A stretch of DNA of 63,060 nucleotides, the filler included, from Reticulomyxa filosa (lineage: Eukaryota > Protista > Foraminifera): assembly GCA_000512085.1 (NCBI GenBank). It is 21 parts of 21 records of this genome, joined end to end, with 100 filler letters (N's around TTAATTAATTAA, not from the genome) between each part and the next. Parts side by side here need not be neighbours in the genome. Positions count along the whole stretch, not along the records: positions 1 to 10,483 come from ASPP01004966.1; positions 10,584 to 13,183 come from ASPP01003566.1; positions 13,284 to 16,485 come from ASPP01005490.1; 18 more parts are not named here. One strand, 5' to 3'. Below the pieces are notes generated by a model that worked only from the letters and a program-made list of their open reading frames with translations, made no database searches and had not been told where the DNA came from. Positions 1 to 13,324 of this stretch are shown here, piece after piece (within the stretch, counting starts at the first letter, position 1; every line of letters begins with the position of its first letter). Both the position numbers and the translations under genes were made by a program.

Positions 1-3000
1 GACCTTCTACAGTGGGATTTCTGTTATACGTTGGTTCGTTAGTTGATGATATTTGTGTATATCGAAATGTAGGTCCTACAGTAGGTGAACCCATTTGCTC
101 CACGATTGGTGTTCGTGTTGGTCCTAATGTTGGCATTGATGTTGGCCTGACGATTGTTGATTCGGTTTGATCGAATGTCGGTGATTGAGTTGTACCAATC
201 GTTGGAATTAATGTCGGTTTGGTAATTGGTGATTCAGTATGATCGAGTGTTGGAGATCTTGTTTGGCTACGTGTCGGCGATATTAAACTCGGTACTCCTG
301 TGACTTCACGTGTTGGCATATATACTGTTCCTGCAATAGGCGAATCTGTTTGAACAACTATTGGAAATAGTGTTGGCGTTTGTATTGACGTCGGCTGTGC
401 TGCTGGTATTGGTGCTGCTGTAATGTCAGCTGTAGATCGAAACGTAGGCATGTTTGTAACGTCAATTGTTGGCCTTGGCGTCGGTGCGGTAATTGGTGAT
501 CTAGTTTGGTCGTGTGTTGGTCTTGGAGTCGGCTGTGCAACTGGTGTGTCTGTTCGTCCAGCGGTTGGATGTGATATGGGTCTTGTTGTTGGTACTTTGC
601 TTGTTCCAGCTGTAGGCATCGATGTTTGTTCTACAATGGGCGAGTCAGTTTGTGTAGCAATTGGTGATAATGTTGTTCCAATTGTTGGGGTTCGCGTGGA
701 TTCAACAGTCAGTGTTGGTGTCGGTGTCTGTGTTGGCTCTATAACCGGCGTTCCTGTTTGGCCAAATGTTGGTGATGCCGTGATGTCAACTGTTGAACCT
801 GATGTCGGTACTTTTGTTTCAAGTGTTGGTGATTGTGCTAACGTCGGCGTTTGGGTTAGATCAAAAGTTGGTGTTGATATCGGATATGAAGTGGGCGTTT
901 GGATTGACTTTGAGGTAGGTGTTTGAGTTGGCTTTGAAGTTGGTCCATGTGTCGAAATTCTTGTTTGTCTTGGCGTTGGATTCTCGGTTGTGGAAAGCTT
1001 GTCTTTTGTTGGTGCGTGGGTCTGGCTTGCATCATCAGCCGCTTTATTATTTTATGTAGTGTATTGATTTTGCACAGTCAATACACTTTTTTGGATTTTT
1101 TCTTTCGTCTCTCATCTTTTTTATCATATCTAGCTAGCATCACACAAACAAATAACAAATAAAATACCTTTGCACACGGATGTTGCAACTCGAGGTATCA
1201 AGTACTCAAGATCCTCAAATATTGGCTCGAGAAAGATGTTGGAAACATAATTTGGATTGGTTGTGTTGAACAAACATTTGAAAGGCTGGTCATCGCCTTG
1301 TTGGTTATGCTTTTCAATCATGGGTTCGGTCATGATAACTAAGACTACATCAATGCCATTTTCGAGTAACCAGTCGTTTCTGATTCCATCACAATCTTCC
1401 AAAGAAAATTCTATTTCTGTTGCCATCACGAAGACAACTTTTCGGCCAGGTGTGGTTACGTTCATTAATTCAATGGCTCCCATTACAATCGCCACGTCGA
1501 TATTGGTTGGCAACGCGCGCGAACTCAAGTATTGCGAGCGCCCAATCTTACGAACGATTTGATCAACAGATAGCTCCTCTTCAATAGGAATAATCGAGGT
1601 GACATTGGAATCAAACTCCAAATAAGTAAACTTGGGTAATATCGGAGATTGCAAAGTCAAATATCGATAAGTTTGTTGTAAGAATCGTGTTTGCAGATAC
1701 CAATCATTTGCATGGTCTCCAAAGTATGAGAACGACGCATCTACCACAAAGGCCATTGCGGAAATGTCACAATCAATACGTTTCGTCGGGGAAGCAGTTG
1801 GATTCAAAGAAGAAATCATTGTCGGTGTGCGTGTCAATGTTTTGCTTGGTTGTTTCGATGGCAACAGCGAAGGTCCGTTTGTGTGCGATGACACTGTCGG
1901 AGATCCAGTAGGTTCACAAGTTTTTTTTTGAATCGTCTCGACTGAGCCAAATGGAATCAAGGCCTGTTCTAGCGCATAACTTGAACATAAGCTACATCTT
2001 GTGGAAACCACAGAATGAATTGAAACTTCCCACCATTCAATTCCTTTGCATTTCACGCCAAGAGATGAACATTCTTCCAAGCATTCTTCAAAAAAGCACG
2101 TTGTGTTTGCTGCTGTTGCACAATAACTGTGCGACTGTAGACAGGAGCTATTTGATATGGGACTGCTCCAGCATATTTGAGATGTCGGCGACCAAGTAGG
2201 GAATATGCTTGTGAGTCCGAACGAGAAGGTGCGTTGCTTGGCTGGACACTGGGCACCTCTGTTTGTCGTCGAGTAGGTCCATTGGTTGGTTCGAAGGTTG
2301 ACACTCCGTACTTTCGATAATCGGCTGAGTCGTTGGAGGCAATGTTGTGGGACCTAAGGTCGGAATTTGCGTGGTGCATGATCCCTTGCTTGTTACACTG
2401 ACGGCAGACGAAGGATCCGTGTCAATATACACTTTATCTGCAGATGTGCACAGGTCACAAAATACAAACGCTCGGAACTCAAAGGAAACGTTCCAAAATT
2501 CGATGCCTTGGCAATGATGATTTTGCGCACACGCGTTGAGACAGCGAGTGTAAGTGCAATTATCCTCTGCAAGATTCTGACAATAGGGCGACTTGGTGTC
2601 TGTACACTTGGTATTCCATTCTCTTTCTCCCCAACAATATGCTGCAGTTGGAGTTGGAGTCGGAGAGGTGGTGTCAGGTTGGGAACTGGGAGTCGGAGGA
2701 AGAGTTGTCGATGTGTCATTGCCGCAGTCGGGGATCTCACATTCGCCATAATAATCAATCACCACTCCAAAGCACTCGGCGAGACAAGGATTTGGATAAG
2801 TAAAGCCGTCTTGTCCACACACTTTGTCCCACGTTGGACTACAGCAGCATGTCAATGAGGTCGGTGGATTGCTTGGCGCTATCGAGGGGCTGTTTGTATG
2901 AACTGCAGCCGGGATCTGTGTTGGATTGTGTGTTGGGTCCCATATTGGGCTTTCCGTCGGATGATGGGTTGGAACTTCACTTAGAATCAGCGACGGACCT

Positions 3001-6000
3001 TCAGTTGGAGTACGTGTTGGACCAAGACTCGGAGTTTGGCTGGGCGAATCTGTTGTGACATATTCGGTTGGAAATTTGGAAGGACTTCGAGTTAGTTTTG
3101 TTGGGGAACGCGTTGGGTTGATAGTTGGCTCCAGTGTCGCTGCGATTGGTTCTTGCGTTGGCTTTTTACTTGGAGACAACGTTGCAAATGCTGCTGGATT
3201 AAAAGTAGGAGTATTACTGAGCGTGTGAGTAGGGATAGGGGTTGGAGAATTGCTTGGTTCTGTTGTGGAAAAGTTAAAAACAGCAGGAAGGTCCGTCGTT
3301 GGTAAATCGGTATATATTGTGGTTGGCACTGAGGGATGGGATGTCGGTTTGAATGTCGGTGTGGATGTTGGAATTGCGGACGGAGACCAGGTCGGTGTCG
3401 ATACGCCACCTATTTTGTTCAATGAAAAAAAAAAATTTGCATTGAAATGTCAAAGTGGTATCTGTCTAAAGTATTCACTTTCATTTATTCATCACAAAGT
3501 GTACACTTACGACAAATGTACCTGGCAAGCACAATCGTAGCAACAAAGAATGAATACTCTTTTTGCGATCCAAAGTCCCTTCCTCGTTTGCTAAATCTTT
3601 GTGCGTAAAGATGCTTGACAAATACTTGGAATTATGGGTGTCGAAGAAACAATACAAATTTTGCTTTGGAATGTCGTCATTCATGATGACAATGACCAAG
3701 TCAATTTCCAAAACACTTAGATAAGTGCTTTGGAGTTTTTTGCACCAGTTTGAATGTATCCGCCAGTTTTCATCGGTAATGGTCAACACAATGGTCTTTT
3801 GTCTTTCTGAGCCATTTACATACAACTGGAAATCAAACAAGTCTTCAATGGCTTGTTCCATTGCATTCAAAATGTCGTTTGCAACAAAGGGGTCATCGTT
3901 GTATAATTCCATCGATCGAATAATGTCAACAACAACATTTGCCTCCAACTTGCTACTCAAATTGTAATCGTTGATATCCAATTGGTGAAATTGCTTTCTG
4001 TCAAAATACTGCAAAATCTCTACATTCGGATTGGAGCCAGTCAAATATATTTCCCAATAAAGTTCTTCCAGCAAGAATTTTTGCTCCGAAAACGAGAAAA
4101 GAGTATTGGAGCCGGGACCTCCATGTTCGTCTTGAGGATACGCGGATGAGCTGCTGTCCACGACAAAGATCATGTCATCAACCCTACAGTTCGCCCGACC
4201 AATGGGACTGAACGTTGGGAGTTTGGTTGGGGAAGCAGTCGGATTGGTTGTTGGATCGGTGGGTGCCATCGACGGATTGGTGGTCGGGGTTGACGTTGGA
4301 GAGAATGTCGGTGTAAATGTCGGTGTTGCTGTTGGCATTGCTGATGGGGACACCGTTGGCATCGAGGTCGGCGCTATTGTTGGTACTGCAGATGGTGACA
4401 ATGTCGGGCTGGCAGACGGAGCAATGGTCGGACTCAGGGTTGGGGTTGTTGTGGGATTGTTTGAGGGCGAGAGAGTAGGCGCAGGAGTTGGAGACTCACT
4501 TGGAGCCGATGTTGGATTGGCGGTCGGAGAGAACGACGGAACTTGTGAGGGAGCTGCTGTTGGTGACACAGTCGGGCATACCTGCATTTGAATTCGGGAT
4601 TGAGGGTCATAGTAGACTCCAGGGTCATTTGCATTCGCATCTAAGCAGTTGCGAGAGCTATCGTAAAATGTCATATACAGTTGGTGCTGGTGTACGTCTA
4701 CACGAATACAAAGACAACACAGTCAAACATTAATATATGTACCGTTGGCGCAACAATAAACCATAATAGGGTGTATCACATGCGCCCCAACTTCCATAAG
4801 CGCCCCAACGCTTACACTTACACGGTCCGAGATCACACTCACTCACTTCTGTACTGCCACCTATAGATTTAAACAAAACATATTCATTTCATTAATAAAG
4901 ATACTTTTACACTTGCGTTAATTATATAAACATATACATGTTTTTTAAATACCAATGCAGCCAATAAAGTTTGAAATACGCGATGATGAACACATATCGT
5001 TGCTTACTGCGTACATGCAAAAAAAAAAAAAAAACCTCGTTGTCTTTGAAATAAAACATGTCAATAAATTGTATTTGCAAAAAATCTAGCGCAAAACTGA
5101 CCTGAAAGAGATGTTCGTGGACAAGACCGGGAACATGTTCTTGTGTGTGAGCGATGACCAACACCGCAAGTGTTGCGATCACAATTGCCCCAATCAGACC
5201 ATTGGCTCCAACACATGCAAAAATTTGGAATGGTGATTTGGCCTCCATAGAAACAAGATCTCCTGGATCCGTACATGGCAAAATAGCCTTGAGTTGATGG
5301 GGCATTTCCTTTGACCACCAACGACACATTGGTTACCGCATTGTCAAATTGGTCGAGGATCCACGTACTCTAAGACATAAATCATACAACACGTATAGCA
5401 CAATATCATCATCGCAACATATTGCATTTTTCGAGATTATGTTAAAAGAAGATAAATAATGATATCCTTACCGTTTGGGTTTGATTGATATGATTATAGG
5501 GCTCTCCACTCGTCGGCCAGCTTGTCAATTGGTGTATTGTACATTGATTCAAGAGACAATCGCAAGGCAGCTGTAATCGAACAAAATTAATTTTTTCATG
5601 AGACGACGGATCATGTTGGACTCGGTATGTGAATGTGGTTTCATCCAAAGTTGGACTGTAGTTTCTGGAGACAAAAGTCAGGTGCCAATTCAAAGCGCTT
5701 GGGTTCGTAGGAACTGAGCAGTGTGGCAGGTACTGTGAGATGGTGTTTGTCAATTTTTATCATTTGTTGCTCAGCAAAACAAACATTTTTTTTTTTTAAA
5801 AAAAAAGTATATTAATTTGTAACGTACATTTGGAGGTGTCTTGATATCATCACATTCCCACAACTTATTTGGTGTTGGACTGGAAGTCGGTTGGATTATT
5901 TGTTCAGGAACAGCTATGTTCGAATTGAAATTGTGTTTTTTTTTTAAAAATGGGGACAATCAGATTTGATTGTATAACAAACATACCGCAAGAAAAATCA

Positions 6001-7890
6001 ATGTCCCATTTCAGATTGTAGCCTAATGGATACGTTGGTATGGTGGATTGCGCGGAGCTAACACCACTGACGTACAGTAATGAGTCCACGTATTGTTGCA
6101 ACTCTGGGTCATACGTTGCAGAGTCAAACATGGACACTTGTCCAAATGAACCTGCTGTTCCCTTTGCCACCAATGAACGATGCATGATATTTTGAATGTC
6201 TCCATTGCTTCCTTGGATCACTAAGTCAAATAAATATTTTTCTTTTGGTTTCAATGTCAATAATTGGTTATAACTCGGCGATAATACAAATGAATAATTT
6301 TGACGTGTTACATTGCCTCCCCAAAAAAAAAAAAAAAAAAAATTGCTCCAATTTACTCTTGATAGTCTCTCAAAGAGAAATCGATACATAAGTAATTTCT
6401 TACATGTGTAACATGTGTCTTACCTCGTTGTGAAGATGATGTAAAAAGAAGTACTGGCGAAAGTGAGCTCATCACCGTGTTGGCACCAACAGATTTGGCT
6501 GTGGTGTTATCTTTCATTTCCCACACTAGCATTGTCAAAGTGACTTTATTGTTCACTTGAAACAATTCTACACTTATCGACGGTGTAAATATTTTTTCTG
6601 TGTCATACAGAGTGTTATTTGCCATAACGAGCAACAATCCAAGACGTACGTATCCGTTATTGGACAGGATGTTGCTATTGTATTGCACTGGATACAAGTT
6701 CACATCTGAATTGCAGCAGTCTGTTTCAATTTATAGAAATCCATTCCAATTCAATACAAACAACATCAAGCATTAAAAAAAAAAAAAAAATCATATACAT
6801 ATACATGTATATGTAAGTATGCAAATGTGTTATTTTCTCCAGCATTCCATTTTTGCGTAGCAGGACAAAAAAAACACAAAGACTTTTTCCAAGTTTGCCA
6901 AAAGTCCATCAAACATGCATGAGATACACGAGAAGAAAATTCTTTTTTTCCCTTTTGAAAAACAAAAAAAGGAAGAGATGAAGTGGAACAAAAAGAGGAA
7001 CAAAAGTAGATAACACCCACATAAGAACTAACTTATGCCACAGACGAGACTATACAACGTATCCTTCATTTCAATGTCCAATTGCGTGGTTTGGTTCATT
7101 TCGTCAATGTACTCGTCTTTGAATGCAAGCAAAGCACTGTTGGGATTCGTCGGGTCGTATTTTAAACACGACAAATATTCCAACCCATTCAAATTGTCAT
7201 TCAACGAGACCACGACATGACGTGAGCCTATCAATCAGCAATTTCGTATGCATTAAAAAATTAAAGCATTTATTCATTAATGTTTAAAAAAAAAAAATAC
7301 AACATACAATGTATGCATATATATACTTTTTTTTTTTTCATAACTGGGAAAGTACCAGTATGGATACAAACAAGGATCTTCAGAAGTGATGTCATGAAGA
7401 GGAAATTTGTCTGTGATATAGATAGTAACGAGCTCATGCGAAGGAATCCAATTGGAATATATCGGGACCATTGCCTCTTGAAATAACGTTTCTGATCAAA
7501 AGGGAGGGGGGGGGGAGCATTGTACAATACAAATATACTCATTTGTTCAAGTTTTTTCTCTGTCCTTGTCTTTTCACCCCCTTTTTTTTTTTCTAAAAAA
7601 AAAAAAACAACTAAACTTATTGAAAAATCATCATTGCCACGAATTGTCGTTTCAAACTTGTTGAAGTCAATGACATCCGACCCAAATGAAAAAATGACCT
7701 CTCCTTGATCGATAATAAGAGAATTGCGGACTTGAACATTTTTGGCTAAATGAATCGAATGGAAAGCTGCCAGATATGAGGTGTACTCGACCTTGTTTTG
7801 AATCCATTCTCTTAATCCGTGTAATAGGGCTGCATCGTTTGCTACTGATGGACTCACATCCACCATCCATACCACATCTACATCTCTCCC
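1..7890 (-). CDS. Giant multi-exon surface/secreted glycoprotein: vWA domains, TSP1 repeats, Kazal domain, PAN/apple-like Cys modules and long Pro/Thr/Ser mucin tracts (3'-partial; apparent frameshifts)
   Basis: vWA MIDAS-like motifs MVDVSPS (~7850), FVVDSSSS (~4150) and FVVDASFS (~1740). TSP1 WSQWSDWGNC..TCGVGHRSHTRTC (5130-5215) and a second WGAYGSWGAC (~4790). Kazal CSPTWDKVCGQDGFTYPNPCLAEC (~2770-2845). In-frame GT-AG introns at 1042-1167 and 3410-3521. The PT-rich exon 1-1041 stays open to the window edge. The 5' boundary is uncertain. Confidence 0.75.
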
Positions 7891-8199
7891 GTCGCAAACT
7901 GTATTTTATTGTTGTTGTTTTGGTGTGTTTTATTATCGTTGTTTTTGCCTCTTTCCCTCTTTTGTTCCTTCCTCCTCTTTTATAATGTAGTCCTGCTCTT
8001 TCTCTTTTCTTTTTGTTCAAATTACCTACGCAAGGCTGCAATGTACTCTGAAAGTTCATCGAACTGCAAGCACCATCCAGGAGGCAATAGTAAGTGAAGG
8101 AAACACAAGCAAACCGTCGAACAAACGTGTAAGTGCACGCGTCATGAAAGAGACAAAAAAAAAAACAAAACAAAATCAAGCAATATTTAAAGAAAAGCG

Positions 8200-9483
8200 A
8201 TTTCATCACTTAGTGATCTTACTTGCGTTCTGACATGCACTGTGAAAAAATGTTCGAAAACACTACAATTTGTGTGAATCGATAAAGCATGTCAAACAAC
8301 GCCATTTTCCTTTTCTTGGTGAACCGAGATTTCAAAAAGCGTTTGCAAGAGATTGCTTCCAAACGTACAAACTCTTTGCAAAGAGGAAAAAAAAAAAAAA
8401 GACCGCCTTCAACAATACAGATATCAGAGGTCGTGGGCTAGGTTTTGTTGAAGGTGCTTTTAAAATTAGTGAACCAAAGACCCTTGGGAGTTGATCGTGA
8501 CAACGTTTGCAGCTGCACGAAGGAATTATTCAACAATTCTTTATTCTATACTATTATTACAAGGAACAAAATAAACCAGTAAAACGTAATATAAAAAGTA
8601 CGTGTCAATTTTTTATCCAAAGTAGCCCATTTTGTTGTGAAAAAAAAAATAAAATAGCATACGTACAAAAGCATCGAAGTCCAATGATCACAAAAAAAAT
8701 GCTACTAAAGAAAAAAATAGATACAAGCGAGTCTTTCCTTTGCTAATAAGTGAAAAGATCGTTTTTTTTTTCAATATTTTCGTTTTCCAAATCAGTGACC
8801 TCTGTCATGGTCAGTTGCAAATTTTTGAGACTCCATCTTGCAAATAGGATGTAAGATTAAGTCCATCGTCCCTTGTGATTATGTGTGTCTGTATTGTCCG
8901 AAGAGGACGATAAAGACAAGGAGGTGAAGATGAAGAAGAGCTATTCCAATGAGGAAGCCTATATCCATCAATTCTTCCGAGTCCCTAAAAAAAATTCAAT
9001 TAATCAAAAATACTAATTAAAAGAAATAAAATAAATAAACAACAAAAAATGACAAATAAACATAAAAAAATAACTCACCCAAATAAGTTTGAAATGTTGT
9101 CCATCAATCAAAGGCGATTGCTTTCCCGTGTTATTTGTATGGATGTGGAAAAATAAACACACCAGAGGCGTCATATCTAATGGAGGGCTCTGTGCTCGTA
9201 AATAAACCTCCAATATTCGCTTCTTATTGCAATTTGACAGATGTTGCGTTTTGCTTTCCGGACAACAGAATGTTAGTACCGCGTTTCAAATCAATAGTGC
9301 ACAAAAGCCCAAACACAACATGCAACATATCAATACTGGACGCCTGTTAAAAATTGAAGTGTAGCGCAAAGTGCAGATGCTTCGTTGTGTTGCGTAGACA
9401 GCAGTGCTGATTTGTTGCTTCTTTGAACATGGTAAAGCATGCCATGCATTGTAAGATAGTGCTTGAACTGAGACATACACCAT
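8200..9483 (-). pseudogene. Disrupted exon-like sequence, possibly 5' exons of the surface-protein gene
   Basis: Higher-GC exon-like blocks separated by A/T-rich intron-like tracts, including a hydrophobic stretch (LICCMLCLGFCALLI). I could not find a continuous frame. Confidence 0.25.
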
Positions 9484-10483
9484 TTTTGGAAGATCTTTTC
9501 TTCATTAGAAAGATCAATTAATGCTAAAATCCAAGAGTTTTTGGTTTACAAAAAGAAATCAGTTAGATACAAAGCTACTCTAAGTCCTATTAACAAGTCA
9601 TTATGTCAAAAAAATGTCGATAAAAAGTGTAAATAAAGTTTAATAGATTTACAAAACTGTTAATAATCCCATAAATAATATTCATTTGATAAATTGCTTA
9701 AATATATTTTTCCAATACAAGTCAGATCGCTCACACATTACACCGAACATGGTAACTTAAAATTTATTTCTAAGTTTACTCTTAGAACAATATGTTTTTT
9801 TCCGTTTTTTGGAAAAAAAAAGCTTGCCGCTTTTCGACAATATGGAAAATTCATGTATTTTCCGTCATACCTCCAAAACCTTGAGCTGTTCTAGCTTTAT
9901 TAATGTAAGCCAGCAACACTGTCTAAAAATTTTTTCTTGTTTAGTTTCTTCTTTTTTTTCAAAACAGAACAAAAAGGAACGAAAAAATGAAAAGTGGAAT
10001 ATTTAATTGTAAGTAATAAAGATCTATACTTATTTGATGTTGACTTGCTCAATCATCACCAAGAAATCATATTGAAAAATAAGTGGTTTGAAAATCGTTG
10101 TCATTATACTTAAAAATCATCATTTAATAGATAAAATAATAATCGAAATTAGTGATAACTCAGCTTCATTTTGTTTCAATTGATTCGATGCAGAACTTAC
10201 AACATATTATGTATATGACACTCAATACTATCTAAAGTTGCGAGAAGTGTTGTCTGCCGAGACTAGAAACGTTTTCTAAAATATGAGTCTTTAAAAAAAA
10301 AACAATGAAAAAGTTTATTTATATTAAAAAAATGACAATGTGTGCATGTGTGTATGGGGTGAGTAAAGAATCCGTTTCAACAGCAATAGACGTTTATAAC
10401 TTAGTGAGTGGTCGCCACTGAAAAGTTGTTTCGAACATTACACAATAACAAGACTGAGAAAGTGCTTAACAGATGATTTTGCA

Positions 10484-10583
10484 NNNNNNNNNNNNNNNNN
10501 NNNNNNNNNNNNNNNNNNNNNNNNNNNTTAATTAATTAANNNNNNNNNNNNNNNNNNNNNNNNNNNNNNNNNNNNNNNNNNNN
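10484..10583. other. Artificial contig spacer (N-run + TTAATTAATTAA six-frame stop + N-run); first of 20
   Basis: The same 100-bp spacer also starts at 13184, 16486, 19313, 23384, 26508, 28762, 32424, 33751, 34851, 39960, 41369, 42654, 46246, 49003, 50456, 52138, 57210, 58667 and 59945. Confidence 0.98.
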
Positions 10584-13183
10584 TTCTTCTTCTTCTTCTT
10601 CTATTGTTGGATCTAATTTATCCCAAATCTGTCTGTCTTCAAATTGGAATTCTGTTTCAGTTGCAATTTGATTTCCTTGAAGAAACATCTTAAATCCTAG
10701 ATTTTCACAATATATCTGAAATGTTGATTTGATTTTTTGAGGATTTATTTGAATCCTTAATTCTGATAATTTATTAGAAATATTTTTTACATGAATGTCA
10801 ATCCATTTCTCATTGAATGCTTCATATACTTGAGCTCGTGAAATTTTGGCTCCAATCTGATGCCGTTTCAACAAGTCAGGTAATACTGTCAATATCAATC
10901 GAAGCAAGAATGGCTCTTCCACCATTTTATATAAATTTGGATATTTTTGCAATGTTTCTTCATATTGTTGTACTGTCCAACTCAAATATTCATTCATTTT
11001 ATTTTTCTTATTCATCTTTACAAATTTATCAATATATCCATGCATCTGCTCCTTTGAAAAAGGCCATAAATGAACTATTGGCATGGTTGATATTAAATTA
11101 TGTTTCACATCTAATCCAAATAAAACTTGTTTAATATCTTCTTCACTTAATACATGGCTTCGACATGTAACAATAAAATTTGCATTCCATTCATTTAAAT
11201 TGAAACGATCGTAAAAATATCGCTCATTATTATCCTTACTATAATTATCAAAAATTTCATCGAATCCATCTAAGATAAATACAAATGAAAGATTTTCACG
11301 AACTATATCCATTATTTCCTTGTTGACTTGTTTCATTTGTAAGGCTTGAGAAATGATTTGTTTTTATATATTTGATTATAACATTTTGGTAATGAAATAT
11401 AAACAGGAATAGATGTTATAGAACCATTTGTATATGCCTCCCATAATGTTTCTTCTAAATGACGACAAAATAAGCTTTTTCCTGATCCTGATTTTCCTTG
11501 TAATACAACTACTTTTTTTTCTTGTTCACTTTTTTTTTCTAAAAACTCCATCATATATTGCTGACAATCATATGTTTTAACCTTCTTACCATCATTACTA
11601 TCACTATATGGATAATTATTTGCTTGTAATGGAATATATGTTTCAAGGGCTTGTGACATAGCTATATCTTCTTCTAATTCTTGCTTTCTTGCTTCTTTTA
11701 ATATTGATATAACATCAGCACAACTTGCTGGATTTGATTCTCCCATAATATATTTTTTAAAATAATCAAATAAAATAACATAAATCGCTTTTCCTTTTAT
11801 TTTTGTTGGATTAAATTTACAAAGTTGATCATATACAAATTTAATTAATTGTAATGATATATCTTTTCCATTCTTAATTTGTTCTTCATTTAATCCTTTT
11901 AATTGTGGAGGTTTTAATATTCGAATTTCTGAATGTGATTTATAACGATCAGAAATCTTTTTAATATCTTTTTCATCAATCCATTCACAAATAATATCAT
12001 TAATATTAGTTAATGTTTTGTCACTTGCTTGTTTTAATTCTTGTTCTTGTATTGATGAAATATTTGGTTTCCATACTCGAATTAATTCATAAAATAAATG
12101 ACTTAATTTTGGATTTTCAATAACAGTATATCCTTCTAAAGTTGTAAAATTTTTTAATGTTGCTTGCATTTCAATATAAACATCATGTTTTGGAACATAT
12201 AATTTAATATTATGAAATCTGTGATGTGTTTTTGATTGTTTATCAAAAAAATCTTTATCTTCAGATACAATTAGATTAAATTGTTCTGCTTTTTTCATTA
12301 CTGCAACTGCAGTTTGTAATTTGGTTGAATTATCACATAAAATAGTAAATCTTCCAATATCAAATACTTGATTAAAATCACCACTATAATCAATTTGAAT
12401 CTTTTCTAATAATCTTTCATTTCCTTTTAAATTTGGAGGTTTTACAACTGTAATTTCATATTTTTGTAATTCTGTTATCAAATTCTTAATTTCAATACTA
12501 TTCATTGCATTTTCACTTCTTTCTCTTAAATTTTCTAAATTTGTTGCATGCTGTTTAATTTTATTTGCTTTTAATTCGTATGATAATCCAGATTTAATTG
12601 GATATGTACATTGATAATTATTATCTATTACAGGTATTGGATCACCACTTGCACAAATTGAATGTTCAGAATTATAAAAAGTTGCTTTTACAATTAAGTT
12701 CACTGTTTCTTTTTTACAATCTGGACAACAAAAATTTGTCTTATTTGAAATAAATGTAATGCTATCGAATCCAATATTAACCCATACTGGTAATTTTGCT
12801 TTTGATGCCAAACAAGTTTCATTATTGCAATATCCTTGTAAATTAATTCCTGGTTTTGTTTCTCCAATTTCTGTTTTTTCTTTTTCTTTTTCTAAACTTT
12901 TGAGCTTGTTTAATGTAGCTATTTGGACTTCATTACCAATTATTTCCTTTTTCAAATTTTACAATCATTTATTTATATGCATATATATATATGTATATAT
13001 ATATGTATACATATATGCATATATTTCACCTGCTCGTCATTTCGCAAATCTTTAATTTTGATTTCTGGTTCTAATTTAGCCTTTTTAAATGAAGAAAATT
13101 GAAAACTAAATAAAAATTGAAGGTAATTATCTAAGAAAAAAAGTATTGCTTTATTTTTTTTTTTTTTTTTTACCTCTTCCTCG
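10584..13183 (-). CDS. NLR-like STAND protein: Cys-rich Zn module + RelA/SpoT-like nucleotidyltransferase + NACHT NTPase (partial at both ends; 1-bp frameshift ~11365)
   Basis: Zn module: PGINLQGYC...C and CCPDC. RelA/SpoT-like motifs: LKGNERLLEK..DYSGD...FDIGR, KDFF..HRFHN and IEMQAT. Walker A GKSGSGKS (~11474-11497) and Walker B FILDGFDE, followed by IVTCR and EPFLLRL. ORFs 11333-12955 and 10536-11336 join via the alternative frame KQIISQALQMKQ. Confidence 0.85.
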
Positions 13184-13283
13184 NNNNNNNNNNNNNNNNN
13201 NNNNNNNNNNNNNNNNNNNNNNNNNNNTTAATTAATTAANNNNNNNNNNNNNNNNNNNNNNNNNNNNNNNNNNNNNNNNNNNN

Positions 13284-13324
<41 letters not shown>

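Noticed and set aside
423-926. Val/Gly-rich plus-strand ORFs (also 3250-3540 and 4172-4591)
   Set aside because: Antisense shadows of the Pro/Thr mucin exons.
10528-10539. Recurrent TTAATTAATTAA between N-runs, resembling a repeat array
   Set aside because: Artificial six-frame-stop linker between contigs.
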